Shown here: positions 20,720-29,855 of the stretch, piece after piece
How the letters are laid out: every line of letters starts with the position of its first letter
Position numbering within the stretch: position 1 is the first letter of the stretch
Assembly (NCBI GenBank): GCA_963828495.1
Contig: CAWHFJ010000009.1
Span: 31,166 to 95,165 of the forward strand
Length of the DNA: 64,000 nucleotides
Direction of reading: 5' to 3'
Source: Candidatus Omnitrophota bacterium
GTDB lineage: Bacteria > Omnitrophota > Gorgyraeia > Zapsychrales > Fredricksoniimonadaceae
Notes under the pieces: generated by a model
Databases searched by the model: none
Seen by the model: only the letters and a program-made list of their open reading frames with translations
What the model was told of the DNA's origin: nothing
Program-made: the position numbers and the translations under genes

Positions 20720-21160
20720 GTGTGGCATAAATGCGTTACAAAAAAAGACTCGGCATTAAACGCCAAAGCTCAAACAATGGTGGAACTTTTGGTGGCGACC
20801 GGTGTTTTCTTAATCGGGGTGGTCGCTATTATCTACAGTTATATCACCTGTCTGGCGCTGCAGGATTTGGGACGCAATATTTCTCTGACCACCGCCGCCG
20901 TCAAAAACGAAATGGAAACGATTAAAAATACCACCTTTTCCACCATTTTTGCCACCTACAACAATAAGACCTTTACGACTCCCGGAGTCAATGGCACAGG
21001 GACCATTTATGTGAATAATTCAAATGCGAATCTTTTAGTCGTCACCATTGAATTTTCTTGGACACAACCTAACGGACGAGTTATCGGAGGAACTGTGAAT
21101 GGTCAAGGACAGATTACTTCCTATGTTCAAATTGCCACTCAAATATGCGGCGGCTACTAA
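20720..21160 (+). CDS. Pilin/pseudopilin-like protein (non-canonical N-terminus)
   Basis: Hydrophobic N-terminal helix QTMVELLVATGVFLIGVVAIIYSYI resembling the type IV pilin N-terminal domain. An AAGGAG RBS precedes an in-frame GTG at ~20720, while the ORF-track ATG is at 20690. Confidence 0.45.
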   Translation: MWHKCVTKKDSALNAKAQTMVELLVATGVFLIGVVAIIYSYITCLALQDLGRNISLTTAAVKNEMETIKNTTFSTIFATYNNKTFTTPGVNGTGTIYVNNSNANLLVVTIEFSWTQPNGRVIGGTVNGQGQITSYVQIATQICGGY

Positions 21161-21789
21161 AGCAAAATCCGGGTTCTCTTTAGTGGAGCTGTTAATAGTC
21201 ACCGCTATTTTTGCGTTCGTATTTATCTCATTTTTTAGCCTTTTGTCGGTCGCACAGTCCAATTTCTTTAATGTGGATACCGGTATCGACATCCGCAACA
21301 ATTTGCGTATGGCCTCAGAAAAAATGGCACTGGAACTAAGAAACAGTGGATGTCACCCAACTCCCCCATTCTATACCGAACGGATTGGGCGCAAACGGCT
21401 CGGATATCATCCAATTTTCTGTGCCTATCCTGTGTTCTTCAACAAGTACGTTATTAAATACCAACGGCGTCCCGGCCAACTGGGGTGCGCCGCTAACCTG
21501 GGGGTGCAATAGTTACACCTGTATGAATAATATTAATAGTTGCGCGACCTTAGGGTATAAGTACGTCCAATATTCCATCAATGCTTCCTCTCAACTTCAA
21601 CGCCAGGTTCTTGATAGTGCCTCGAATGTGGTTGCCGGCAGCACAACTATTATCGCCAATGACATCTTTACTCTTACGGCGTCCGTAAACGCCAATATTA
21701 TTACATTTACATTGACCGGCCAGGCACTCTCTGTAGTAGGCAGGACATTGACGGCAACCTATGTGAACGAGGTGTTGCTCAATAATTAA
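21123..21789 (+). CDS. Type IV prepilin-like protein (prepilin-type N-terminal cleavage/methylation motif), one frameshift near 21340
   Basis: KAKSG|FSLVELLIVTAIFAFVFISFF is a canonical prepilin leader with G at -1, F at +1 and E at +5. The C-terminal part continues in ORF 21346-21789 (includes WGCNSYTC). Confidence 0.55.
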
Positions 21790-21794
21790 AACAG

Positions 21795-23588
21795 GTGATG
21801 CTTATGAAAACAACTCATCTTAACAAAAAAGGCTCAGCATTAGCGATCTCGATTTTAATCCTGACGGTGGTGATTACCCTGTCAACGGCCTATGTCCTGA
21901 AGGCGGTTTTGGAAAAGGCCATGGCCGACAATGAAATCAGCGCGGCCCGTGCGCTCTATATTGCGGAAGGCGCCTGTCAGGCAGGCCTTTATGAGCTGAA
22001 TACTCTAATCAATACGAATTTATTGGCCACGGTACAAAATACCAATGCTTCCGCCATTGCTACCGCTGCGGCTAATGACACAACTAATAACAATCAATTA
22101 GGGTTCTTGGTTTCCTATGCCCAAAATGCAGGAGCAGCTCAGCTAGTCGGTATTCTGGCCGCCACCGGTACAGGGAATCCTGTTGAAGCAGACTATCCGT
22201 TTTCCAATGCCTATAATCCTTATACGGTCAGCAATCCGGTCCCTACAACCGGTGCAACAGCTTTAAATGGCGGCACTTATACCTATACCATTAGGCTGAC
22301 CGCTGCAGGAAATCCCAGTTCACCTTCGACTGATGTGTGGAACTTCCCTTTTTATTACCGGATCCAAGGGACCGGAATCTATAAGAACCAGACCCAAAAA
22401 TTTACCCTCAACGGGTATTTTCATGTGCAGGTCCAGTTGGAGAATTTTGCCCATTTTGCTTTATTTACCAACAATCAGACATACAACGGTAATCCCGTGT
22501 GGTTTACGAGTTCAACGAATTTCTCGGGGCCGATGTTTACTAACGGCAATTATAATTTTGCCTATAATCCCAGCGCAACATTTACCAGTACCGTGCAGCA
22601 GGTCAGCGCGAAAGCCTCTTTTTATAATAACGGCAATCCGGTGAGTCTCAATGCCAATGCCAACGGGACTATTGATGTCCCTAACTTTGAACAGACATTT
22701 ACACGTTCCGCGACTGCTGCCAGTATGCCGAACTCTGCCACGGAGAGTTCAATGGTTAATGAGGCCACCAACAGCACAAGCCCCTGTGCCGACATTTATC
22801 TGCCCCACAGCAGCGGCAAATTAACCGGAGGTATTTATGTCAATGGCAGCGCTAATATAACTATGAGCGTAAATGCCAGCAAGCAAGCGGTTTATACCAT
22901 CACAAAAGGGGCAACGACCTCCACGATCACGGTCAATGCATCCGGCAATCAAACTACTGTGGTGGGAGGCTGTTCCGCCGGAACCTATACCGGACAGCCT
23001 AGCGGAGTTGACGATGTGGGGACATTACTTTATGTGAACGGCACTATCAATAGTCTGAGTGGCACAGTCCAAGGCAACGCCCAAGTGCTTATCGCATCGC
23101 ATAATGATACGGTGATACAAAACAATATTCTTTACACTAACTACACGCCAGGCAGCGGAACTCCGGGCAATGTAAATTATGTCCCGCCTTCTGTCTCTGA
23201 CACAGACTCAAATGGTAATCCCAATAATCTGTTGGGGATCCTCAGTTGGACCGGTAATGTGCGTGTCGGCACCTCCGCACCTAACAATGTGACTATCGAT
23301 GCCTCACTAATGGCCTCACAGGGAGTCGTGACAGTGGATAATTATGACCAGAACTCGCCTCGCGGCACAGCGACGATCTTAGGTGGGGTCATCAGCGATG
23401 ATTATGGGGCTTTCGGGACCTTTAACAGTGGCAATGGCGCGGCCCTTACCGGCTATGGCCGAAATTTCGTTTACGATAAACGCATGGACGGCCAATATTC
23501 GCCCCCCTATTTCCCAACGTTGAATATTTATATGGCCTCCTCTTCTGACATTAATGCTCACAAATTTTGGCAAACAAGAGGATTTTAA
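21795..23588 (+). CDS. PilX-like minor pilin/pilus-associated protein, Asn/Thr/Gly-rich
   Basis: N-terminus KKGSALAISILILTVVITLSTAYV matches the PilX_N pattern (GSAL..LI.L.V.T). 597 aa, low-complexity and beta-rich. Confidence 0.55.
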   Translation: MMLMKTTHLNKKGSALAISILILTVVITLSTAYVLKAVLEKAMADNEISAARALYIAEGACQAGLYELNTLINTNLLATVQNTNASAIATAAANDTTNNNQLGFLVSYAQNAGAAQLVGILAATGTGNPVEADYPFSNAYNPYTVSNPVPTTGATALNGGTYTYTIRLTAAGNPSSPSTDVWNFPFYYRIQGTGIYKNQTQKFTLNGYFHVQVQLENFAHFALFTNNQTYNGNPVWFTSSTNFSGPMFTNGNYNFAYNPSATFTSTVQQVSAKASFYNNGNPVSLNANANGTIDVPNFEQTFTRSATAASMPNSATESSMVNEATNSTSPCADIYLPHSSGKLTGGIYVNGSANITMSVNASKQAVYTITKGATTSTITVNASGNQTTVVGGCSAGTYTGQPSGVDDVGTLLYVNGTINSLSGTVQGNAQVLIASHNDTVIQNNILYTNYTPGSGTPGNVNYVPPSVSDTDSNGNPNNLLGILSWTGNVRVGTSAPNNVTIDASLMASQGVVTVDNYDQNSPRGTATILGGVISDDYGAFGTFNSGNGAALTGYGRNFVYDKRMDGQYSPPYFPTLNIYMASSSDINAHKFWQTRGF

Positions 23589-23660
23589 AAGTATTTTTTT
23601 ATTTCTATGCTATACTGATGTTCGTTTAAATTCTCGTAACATATTCTCAAGGACCCAGTT

Positions 23661-26600
23661 ATGATGAAAAATCGTTTTATCAAATTTATCCGGGTGTACT
23701 GGAAGGGCATTTTAATTTATGCCGCTTGCGCAGGGCTGGTAGCTTTCATCATTATTTTTATCTATTACGGCTCAGTCAGTTTCTTAGGGATGGAAGGATT
23801 CTACCGCAAAAACTTAATGGCCAATTTGGGCATGTATATGGTGATGTTTCTGGTTGTAGGCGTTGTCCAAGGCGTGCTCTTTTCTTATTTCCAAATGTAT
23901 TTTATGATGGGCGGCGGCATGAACAAGATGCTCAGCAAAGACAGCGCTGAAAAGGGCACATCCGAGATCAAATGGGATGATGTCATAGGCATGGAAAACG
24001 CCAAACGCGATGCCTGGGAAATTGTCCAGTTTATCAAGGATGCCAGCAAGGTCAAAGCTATCGGCGGCACCATGATCAAAGGGGTTCTGATGGTAGGGCC
24101 TCCGGGCTGCGGGAAAACCTACTTGGCCAAAGCTATGGCCTCAGAATGTAAATTGCCTTTTCTTTCGGCGGTAGGCAGTGAATTTGTGGCGATGTATATG
24201 GGAATGGGCGCCGCCCGCATCAAGTCCCTGTTTAAAAAAGCCCGCCAATTAGCCGCGGTCGAAGGCGGCTGTCTTATTTTTATCGACGAAATTGATTCTT
24301 TTGCCGGCCCGCGCGCGCAAGAAACCGGCGGCGGAGGGACCACCTCGACTAATGCCACGGTCAATCAATTTTTGACCGAACTCGATGGTTTAAGAAAACG
24401 TGAAAACAATATCGTGGTCATCGCCGCTACCAACGTGCCGCCGGAAAAATTAGATACGGCCATCATGCGCTCAGGCCGCTTTGACCGTAAAATCAGCATT
24501 GATAAACCCACCGCTAAAGAACGCGAAGCCCTGATTGCGTATTACCTCAAGAAAGTCGCTGCCGATCCGGCCATTGACATACCCACTATCGCGGATAAAG
24601 CCCAATGGTTCTCTCCGGCGGACATCAATAATATGGTCCGTGAGGCCAGCATCCATGCTTTACGTGAAAAACGTACGTCCGTGACCCAGGATGACATGAT
24701 CAATGCCTTGAATGTCGTCATGGTGTCCATCGAAAAAACAGGTGAAGATAAAGTGCTCTCTTCCAAAGTCAACGTAAAATGGGATGAAGTCATCGGCATG
24801 GAAGAGACTAAAAAAGACGCCTGGGAAATCGTAGAATTACTCAAGGACAGACACAAGTTGAAAGTCGTAGGCGGACAAATCATCAAAGGCGTTATGCTGA
24901 TCGGGCCTCCGGGTTGCGGCAAAACTTATTTGGCCAAGGCCATGGCCACAGAATCAGGGTTTCCCTTTGTAGTGGCTTCCGGAAGCGAATTCAGTATCAA
25001 ATGGGTAGGCGAAGGAGCTGCTAAAGTTAGAAAAATTTTTAAAGAAGCCCGTGATCTGGCCAGGTCTGAAGGCGGCTGCATTATTTTTATTGATGAAATT
25101 GACACCTTCGCAACACCCCGCACAATCGAGGGGGAAGGTTATGGCGGGGCGGTCATGGAACATACTACCACGATCAACCAGTTCCTCACGGAACTGGATG
25201 GATTAAAAGGTGAAAACACTAATATTGTTGTCCTCGCGGCCACCAATGTGGCTGAAGAAAAATTAGACCCCGCGATCATGCGTTCAGGCCGTTTTGACCG
25301 CAAAATTTATTTTCAAAAACCATCTGCTAAAGACCGTCAATTGCTGTTGAAACATTATATGACCAAGATTAAATGTGAAGACAACATTGACGTCGCGGCC
25401 CTCGCGGAAAAAGCCAAATGGTTTTCTCCCGCAGACATCAACAATATGGTCCGCGAAGCGGGTATCCTGGCCCTCCGGGAAAAAAGAGAAATTATCAATC
25501 AACAAGATATGGAAACCGCCCTGCAGCGTGTCATGCATTCTGTGGAAGTCATGGGAGAAAATAAGATACTGGGCGGAAAAGTCAATGTGAAATGGGAAGA
25601 AGTCATTGGCATGAAAGACGCCAAAGAAGAAGCCTGGGAAATCGTCAAATTGTTAAAAGACAGGAACTTGCTCAAGGCTATCGGCGGAAAGATTGTCAAA
25701 GGGGTCATTATGTTCGGGCCCCCGGGTTGCGGCAAAACATATCTTGCCAAAGCCATGGCCACGGAAGCCGGATTTCCTTTTATGTCCGCCGTGGGCAGTG
25801 ATCTGGTAGGCATTTATGTAGGTGAAGGTGCCCGCAAAATGAAAGATATTTTTAAAGAAGCGCGAGAATTGGCCAAAGCCGAAGGCGGCTGCATCATCTT
25901 CTTTGACGAAGTGGATTCTTTCGCTATGCCTCGCGGCACAGACAGCGGCGGCGGGGGGATGACTTCTCATAATGCCACCATAAACCAATTCCTCACCGAA
26001 CTAGACGGTCTGCGTCAGCAGGAAAATAATATCATTGTTCTGGCGGCCACCAATGTCAGGGAAGATCAATTAGACTCCGCTATTTTGCGCGCCGGACGCA
26101 TTGAACGCAAAATATATATCAGTTTACCCAACTTGCAAGAACGTGAAGAACTTTTTAAATTTTATCTCTCCAAAGTTAAATATGAAGACACCATCAGCCC
26201 ATCTGTGCTGGCCCGTACAGCGGTCGGATTTACTCCCTCAGATATTGATAATATGATCCGGGAAGCAGGCCTTATTGCCATGCGTAATAACCGGGACGTC
26301 ATCATCCAGAAAGATCTTTCTGAATCCTACGACCGCCTAACCATGGGCGCCGTCACCAACGCTAAATATACCCAAAAATCTCTCAAAAAAACAGCCTACC
26401 ATGAGGCCGGCCATGCCATTCTCACCTATTTAGTTGATCCGACCGACGAAGTGATCAAAGCGACCGTTCGGCCGAGAAAAGGGGCCTTGGGATATATTTA
26501 TACCCGCGCCATAGAAGAATTGGAATCTAATTCGCCCAACCGTGAACATTTATTATCCAAAATAAAAATGATGATGGCCGGTTACGTGGCAGAAAAAATA

Positions 26601-26975
26601 GCCCTGGGAACAACCGGCTCCGGAGTAGGCGGAGGTCCGGGCAGTGATTTCTATCATGCCATGACTATTGCGTCCCGCATGGTTTGGAGCTTAGGCATGG
26701 GGCCTTCCGGCCTGGTAGGTGATTTTGACGCACTTAAAGACAACAACGGCCGGCATAATATTTCAGAAAAAACCAAGGAAGTCTTAGACAACGATGTGCA
26801 AAATATCCTGCAATTGTGCCTAAAAGGCACCACTGAAATCTTGACTCAACACAAAGATGTGCTTGAATATTTTGCCGATGAGCTATTAAAAAAAGGTGAT
26901 CTGGAATACGATGAAATGAAATTAATCTTCCAGAAATTTGATCTCAAACCAGCCGCTCAGATAGAAACACCCTAA
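23661..26975 (+). CDS. ftsH: FtsH-family membrane metalloprotease with THREE tandem AAA+ modules and one C-terminal M41 peptidase domain (1104 aa)
   Basis: Two N-terminal TM helices with a very short periplasmic loop. AAA-1 (~23958-24764) has GPPGCGKT, LIFIDEID, ATN and RSGRFDR. AAA-2 (~24765-25577) has GPPGCGKT, IIFIDEID, ATN and RSGRFDR. AAA-3 (~25578-26390) has GPPGCGKT, IIFFDEVD, ATN and RAGRIER. Each module has an FtsH-type N-terminus (K.NVKW.EVIGM...AWEIV) and pore-loop-like YMG/WVG/YVG. The M41 domain carries HEAGHAI (HExxH) and a downstream Asp (GSDFYHAM). Confidence 0.85.
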   Translation: MMKNRFIKFIRVYWKGILIYAACAGLVAFIIIFIYYGSVSFLGMEGFYRKNLMANLGMYMVMFLVVGVVQGVLFSYFQMYFMMGGGMNKMLSKDSAEKGTSEIKWDDVIGMENAKRDAWEIVQFIKDASKVKAIGGTMIKGVLMVGPPGCGKTYLAKAMASECKLPFLSAVGSEFVAMYMGMGAARIKSLFKKARQLAAVEGGCLIFIDEIDSFAGPRAQETGGGGTTSTNATVNQFLTELDGLRKRENNIVVIAATNVPPEKLDTAIMRSGRFDRKISIDKPTAKEREALIAYYLKKVAADPAIDIPTIADKAQWFSPADINNMVREASIHALREKRTSVTQDDMINALNVVMVSIEKTGEDKVLSSKVNVKWDEVIGMEETKKDAWEIVELLKDRHKLKVVGGQIIKGVMLIGPPGCGKTYLAKAMATESGFPFVVASGSEFSIKWVGEGAAKVRKIFKEARDLARSEGGCIIFIDEIDTFATPRTIEGEGYGGAVMEHTTTINQFLTELDGLKGENTNIVVLAATNVAEEKLDPAIMRSGRFDRKIYFQKPSAKDRQLLLKHYMTKIKCEDNIDVAALAEKAKWFSPADINNMVREAGILALREKREIINQQDMETALQRVMHSVEVMGENKILGGKVNVKWEEVIGMKDAKEEAWEIVKLLKDRNLLKAIGGKIVKGVIMFGPPGCGKTYLAKAMATEAGFPFMSAVGSDLVGIYVGEGARKMKDIFKEARELAKAEGGCIIFFDEVDSFAMPRGTDSGGGGMTSHNATINQFLTELDGLRQQENNIIVLAATNVREDQLDSAILRAGRIERKIYISLPNLQEREELFKFYLSKVKYEDTISPSVLARTAVGFTPSDIDNMIREAGLIAMRNNRDVIIQKDLSESYDRLTMGAVTNAKYTQKSLKKTAYHEAGHAILTYLVDPTDEVIKATVRPRKGALGYIYTRAIEELESNSPNREHLLSKIKMMMAGYVAEKIALGTTGSGVGGGPGSDFYHAMTIASRMVWSLGMGPSGLVGDFDALKDNNGRHNISEKTKEVLDNDVQNILQLCLKGTTEILTQHKDVLEYFADELLKKGDLEYDEMKLIFQKFDLKPAAQIETP
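23958..26390 (+). repeat. Three tandem, diverged ~810-nt repeats encoding the AAA+ modules of the FtsH-like gene
   Basis: Period ~807-813 nt. Nucleotide identity is visible by eye (e.g. 24765-24990 vs 25578-25803) but many substitutions, so they are not identical copies. Confidence 0.8.
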
Positions 26976-26978
26976 TCA

Positions 26979-27869
26979 ATGCGTTTGAGTAAACTATCTA
27001 AAATTCTATTAATTATATTTATCGGAATAAATTTAAGCTGTACGCCTAAAAAGGCCCTGTTCCCGCGTCCGGCGTTGACGGAACTGCAAAAAAAATACGA
27101 AACCAAATGCCGCAAAGACTATAAACTCAATGTCATCACCCGGATGGTCAACAAGACCTTCTGGATCTACGCGCCGACGGACAAGCCGCTTTTTGATTTT
27201 GCGGCGGAGTCACCCACGCCCCCCAACCCCACCAAAAAACCGGCCAAATACGATTTGCTTTATATCAACGGGACATTTAAAAACAACGCGTTTAATTTTG
27301 AATATGATATCGTCCCTAAAATTAAATCCAACGTGCAAAGTGAAGGCGTGCGTAACGAAGGCACGGATTATTTTAATAAACTCTATAATAATTTGTTTAC
27401 CGCCATCACCGAAACCCTGCTGGATCCCCATACGCCCATCTCTTTTATTGTGATGGTCATCACCGACATTAAAAAAGGCCTTGAAATCCGCTATACATTC
27501 TATTTAGAAGACTACCGCATGGCGTCTGTGGAGGGGCTCCCCTATGACGAATTCGGCAAACGCATCCTGCAAGAATCCAAAGGCAGTACGGATTATATCG
27601 GGGACCAAATCGGCCAACATTTGGAATACACCGACATTAAGATGCCGGAGTTTTTGACCAAACAAATGGTCAACCGTATCCGTTTTAAATTTACCCAAAG
27701 CGATTTCCCGCCGCAGGAGAATTATGAAGACGCTATCATCGGTATCATTGCCGATACCACCCGTTATTATCATTTTAAAGACTTCCTTGAGGTGCGCACC
27801 AACGATTTAAGGACCAAAAAGAAGATGATTTTTACTCCGGGCCAACTGGATCTTTTTCGGCGAGGATAG
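26979..27869 (+). CDS. Hypothetical lipoprotein, translationally coupled to the triple-AAA FtsH gene
   Basis: Signal peptide plus lipobox (IFIGINLSC|T). Its start is 4 nt after the FtsH-like stop. No recognisable domain. Confidence 0.6.
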   Translation: MRLSKLSKILLIIFIGINLSCTPKKALFPRPALTELQKKYETKCRKDYKLNVITRMVNKTFWIYAPTDKPLFDFAAESPTPPNPTKKPAKYDLLYINGTFKNNAFNFEYDIVPKIKSNVQSEGVRNEGTDYFNKLYNNLFTAITETLLDPHTPISFIVMVITDIKKGLEIRYTFYLEDYRMASVEGLPYDEFGKRILQESKGSTDYIGDQIGQHLEYTDIKMPEFLTKQMVNRIRFKFTQSDFPPQENYEDAIIGIIADTTRYYHFKDFLEVRTNDLRTKKKMIFTPGQLDLFRRG

Positions 27870-27969
27870 GCCTAAAACGGAAGGAAAATCCAAAGGCAAA
27901 CTTATTCATATCATCTTCGAAAACGGCAAGGCCACCTTCAAAGAACAATAACTTTCCTACCTACGATTT

Positions 27970-28536
27970 TTAATTTTCCGCGTACAAACAGGTCAATGGC
28001 CTTAGGGTACAGGCGATGTTCGGCTCTGTGAATTTTTTCTCAAGAGTCTCCAGAGTATCCTGAGATTTCACGCGCACGGCCTCCTGCAGAATGATCATGC
28101 CCGAATCCACTTCATCGATGACAAAATGCACCGTCGGACCGGTGATAGCGACCCCATAGGCGAAGGCGTCCTTGATGGCGTGCAGGCCTTTAAAGGCGGG
28201 CAGCAGGGAGGGATGAATATTAAGAATTTTGTCAGGGTATTGCCGTAAAAAAACGCTGCCCAACAGCCGCATATACCCGGCCAGCACAACAAAATCTATG
28301 TTGAATTTCCGTAATTGAGCAACAATCTCCCTGTCAAAGGATTCCCGATTACTGAAATCTTTAGGGTTAATATATACGGCAGGGATTTTGGCCCGATGGG
28401 CACGTCGGAGAGCATAGGCATCTTCCCTGTCGGAAATAACCACTTTTAAATCCGCTTGAATTTGGCCATGCCTAACCGCCTTAATGATGGCCTGCAAATT
28501 ACCGCCATGGCCTGATGCCAATACCGCAAAGTTCAT
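27970..28536 (-). CDS. purN: Phosphoribosylglycinamide formyltransferase
   Basis: AVLASGHGGNLQAII... VVLAGYMRLLG... ILNIHPSLLP motifs of PurN. 188 aa. Confidence 0.85.
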   Translation of the reverse strand: MNFAVLASGHGGNLQAIIKAVRHGQIQADLKVVISDREDAYALRRAHRAKIPAVYINPKDFSNRESFDREIVAQLRKFNIDFVVLAGYMRLLGSVFLRQYPDKILNIHPSLLPAFKGLHAIKDAFAYGVAITGPTVHFVIDEVDSGMIILQEAVRVKSQDTLETLEKKFTEPNIACTLRPLTCLYAEN

Positions 28537-28565
28537 AGAATTTCACCCTCCCCTATCCCCTCCCC

Positions 28566-29855
28566 TCAAGGACGGGAAATTTCTTCGACGGGGTTAAATT
28601 TTAATAAACCGATCAGTCCCACTATCATAAATACACCCCCCACCGTTATTAAAATCCAAAGGCGGTCGACATGCTCGGTTAACATGGCGCTGGTCAGCAT
28701 GGCCACCACAAATGCCAAATGCATGACAAATTCCAGGGCGGCAAAAACTTTTCCCGACATGGCCATGGTACAAACCTTATTGACGACGGTGTTGGACGCA
28801 ATCACCACAGGCCCCACCACAAAACCCAACACGAAGGATAATCCCAACGCCAAGAAACGATTATGGGTGGACTCGACCATAGACGTAAACAAAACAACCA
28901 TGGCCCCTCCTAATATCAGCGACCAAAAAATAACTTTAAAAGCCGCGACCCGGCTCCCCCACTTTCCATAAGATAGACTCCCCAGAAATAACCCTAACCC
29001 CAACGGTACGGCCAGAAAACCCAAATCCTTAGTCACGCTATGAAAAGCCTGTTGAATAAACACAATAATAACGACATAAATCGCTCCGGCCGCGGCAAAA
29101 AGGATCGACATCATCCAAAAAATAAACCCAATTTCTTTCTGCGAACGGATATAACGGATCCCATTGATCATTTCCTGCCAAACGCTCTTTTGAGACCGCA
29201 GCATTTCCTGGGTGCCGGCGATCATCTCACTTCTATTCGGCAACCTGCGCTGCAAGGTCGCGATAGAAAAAACTAAAAGGCCGGAGAGAAAATAACACAC
29301 GGCATCCCAAAGGAATCCTCCGAAAGACCCGGCATACTCCACAATCAATCCCCCCAATAAGGCCCCCAAGACTAAAGCGATCATGCCGGTGGTGGTCACT
29401 AAAGAATTCGCAATATGCAAATCATCCTCATGGACTATCTCCGGGATAAAGGACATCTTGGCCGGTACATAAAAACGGCTAAAGGAAAAAATGACAAACA
29501 CCGCCACATACAAAGGCCAAATCACAGACAAACGTATCAAATAAAAGGCCACCAATAAAACCAGCATGCCCCGGATAAAATCACAGATAAAAAGAGTCCT
29601 GCGCCTGTCCCAACGGTCGATATAAACTCCTGCGATCGGTCCGACCACAAATACCGGGATAATGGTAAACGAAAGCAGTTTGGCCATTTCCACCGACGAG
29701 CCTGGATGGCGTATGGCGATTAGACCCACCAACGCCATTTGATAGACCCTATCGCCGAACTGGGAAATCAATTGGGCAAACCAGAACCGGAAAAAATCCC
29801 TGCTTTTTTTATCACAGATAAATTGCCACATAATCTTTAACCATCCCTCAATCAA
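28566..29855 (-). CDS. MFS transporter
   Basis: 429 aa, ~12 TM segments, and a GxxxDRxGRR-like loop (GVYIDRWDRRRT) between TM2 and TM3. Confidence 0.7.
   Translation of the reverse strand: MIEGWLKIMWQFICDKKSRDFFRFWFAQLISQFGDRVYQMALVGLIAIRHPGSSVEMAKLLSFTIIPVFVVGPIAGVYIDRWDRRRTLFICDFIRGMLVLLVAFYLIRLSVIWPLYVAVFVIFSFSRFYVPAKMSFIPEIVHEDDLHIANSLVTTTGMIALVLGALLGGLIVEYAGSFGGFLWDAVCYFLSGLLVFSIATLQRRLPNRSEMIAGTQEMLRSQKSVWQEMINGIRYIRSQKEIGFIFWMMSILFAAAGAIYVVIIVFIQQAFHSVTKDLGFLAVPLGLGLFLGSLSYGKWGSRVAAFKVIFWSLILGGAMVVLFTSMVESTHNRFLALGLSFVLGFVVGPVVIASNTVVNKVCTMAMSGKVFAALEFVMHLAFVVAMLTSAMLTEHVDRLWILITVGGVFMIVGLIGLLKFNPVEEISRP

Noticed and set aside
23726..25988. Numerous 60-130-aa ORFs on both strands inside the FtsH-like gene (e.g. 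23885-24079, 24542-24922, 25499-25813)
   Set aside because: They are antisense or off-frame shadows of a long, strongly conserved coding region, with no RBS and no homology. Spurious.
23958..26390. Possibility that the three AAA modules are an assembly artefact (tandem repeat mis-expansion)
   Set aside because: The three units differ at many nucleotide and amino-acid positions (e.g. ENAKRDAWEIVQFIKD / EETKKDAWEIVELLKD / KDAKEEAWEIVKLLKD), and the reading frame is intact across 3.3 kb despite the high indel rate elsewhere. They are genuine diverged repeats. Read mapping is still advised.
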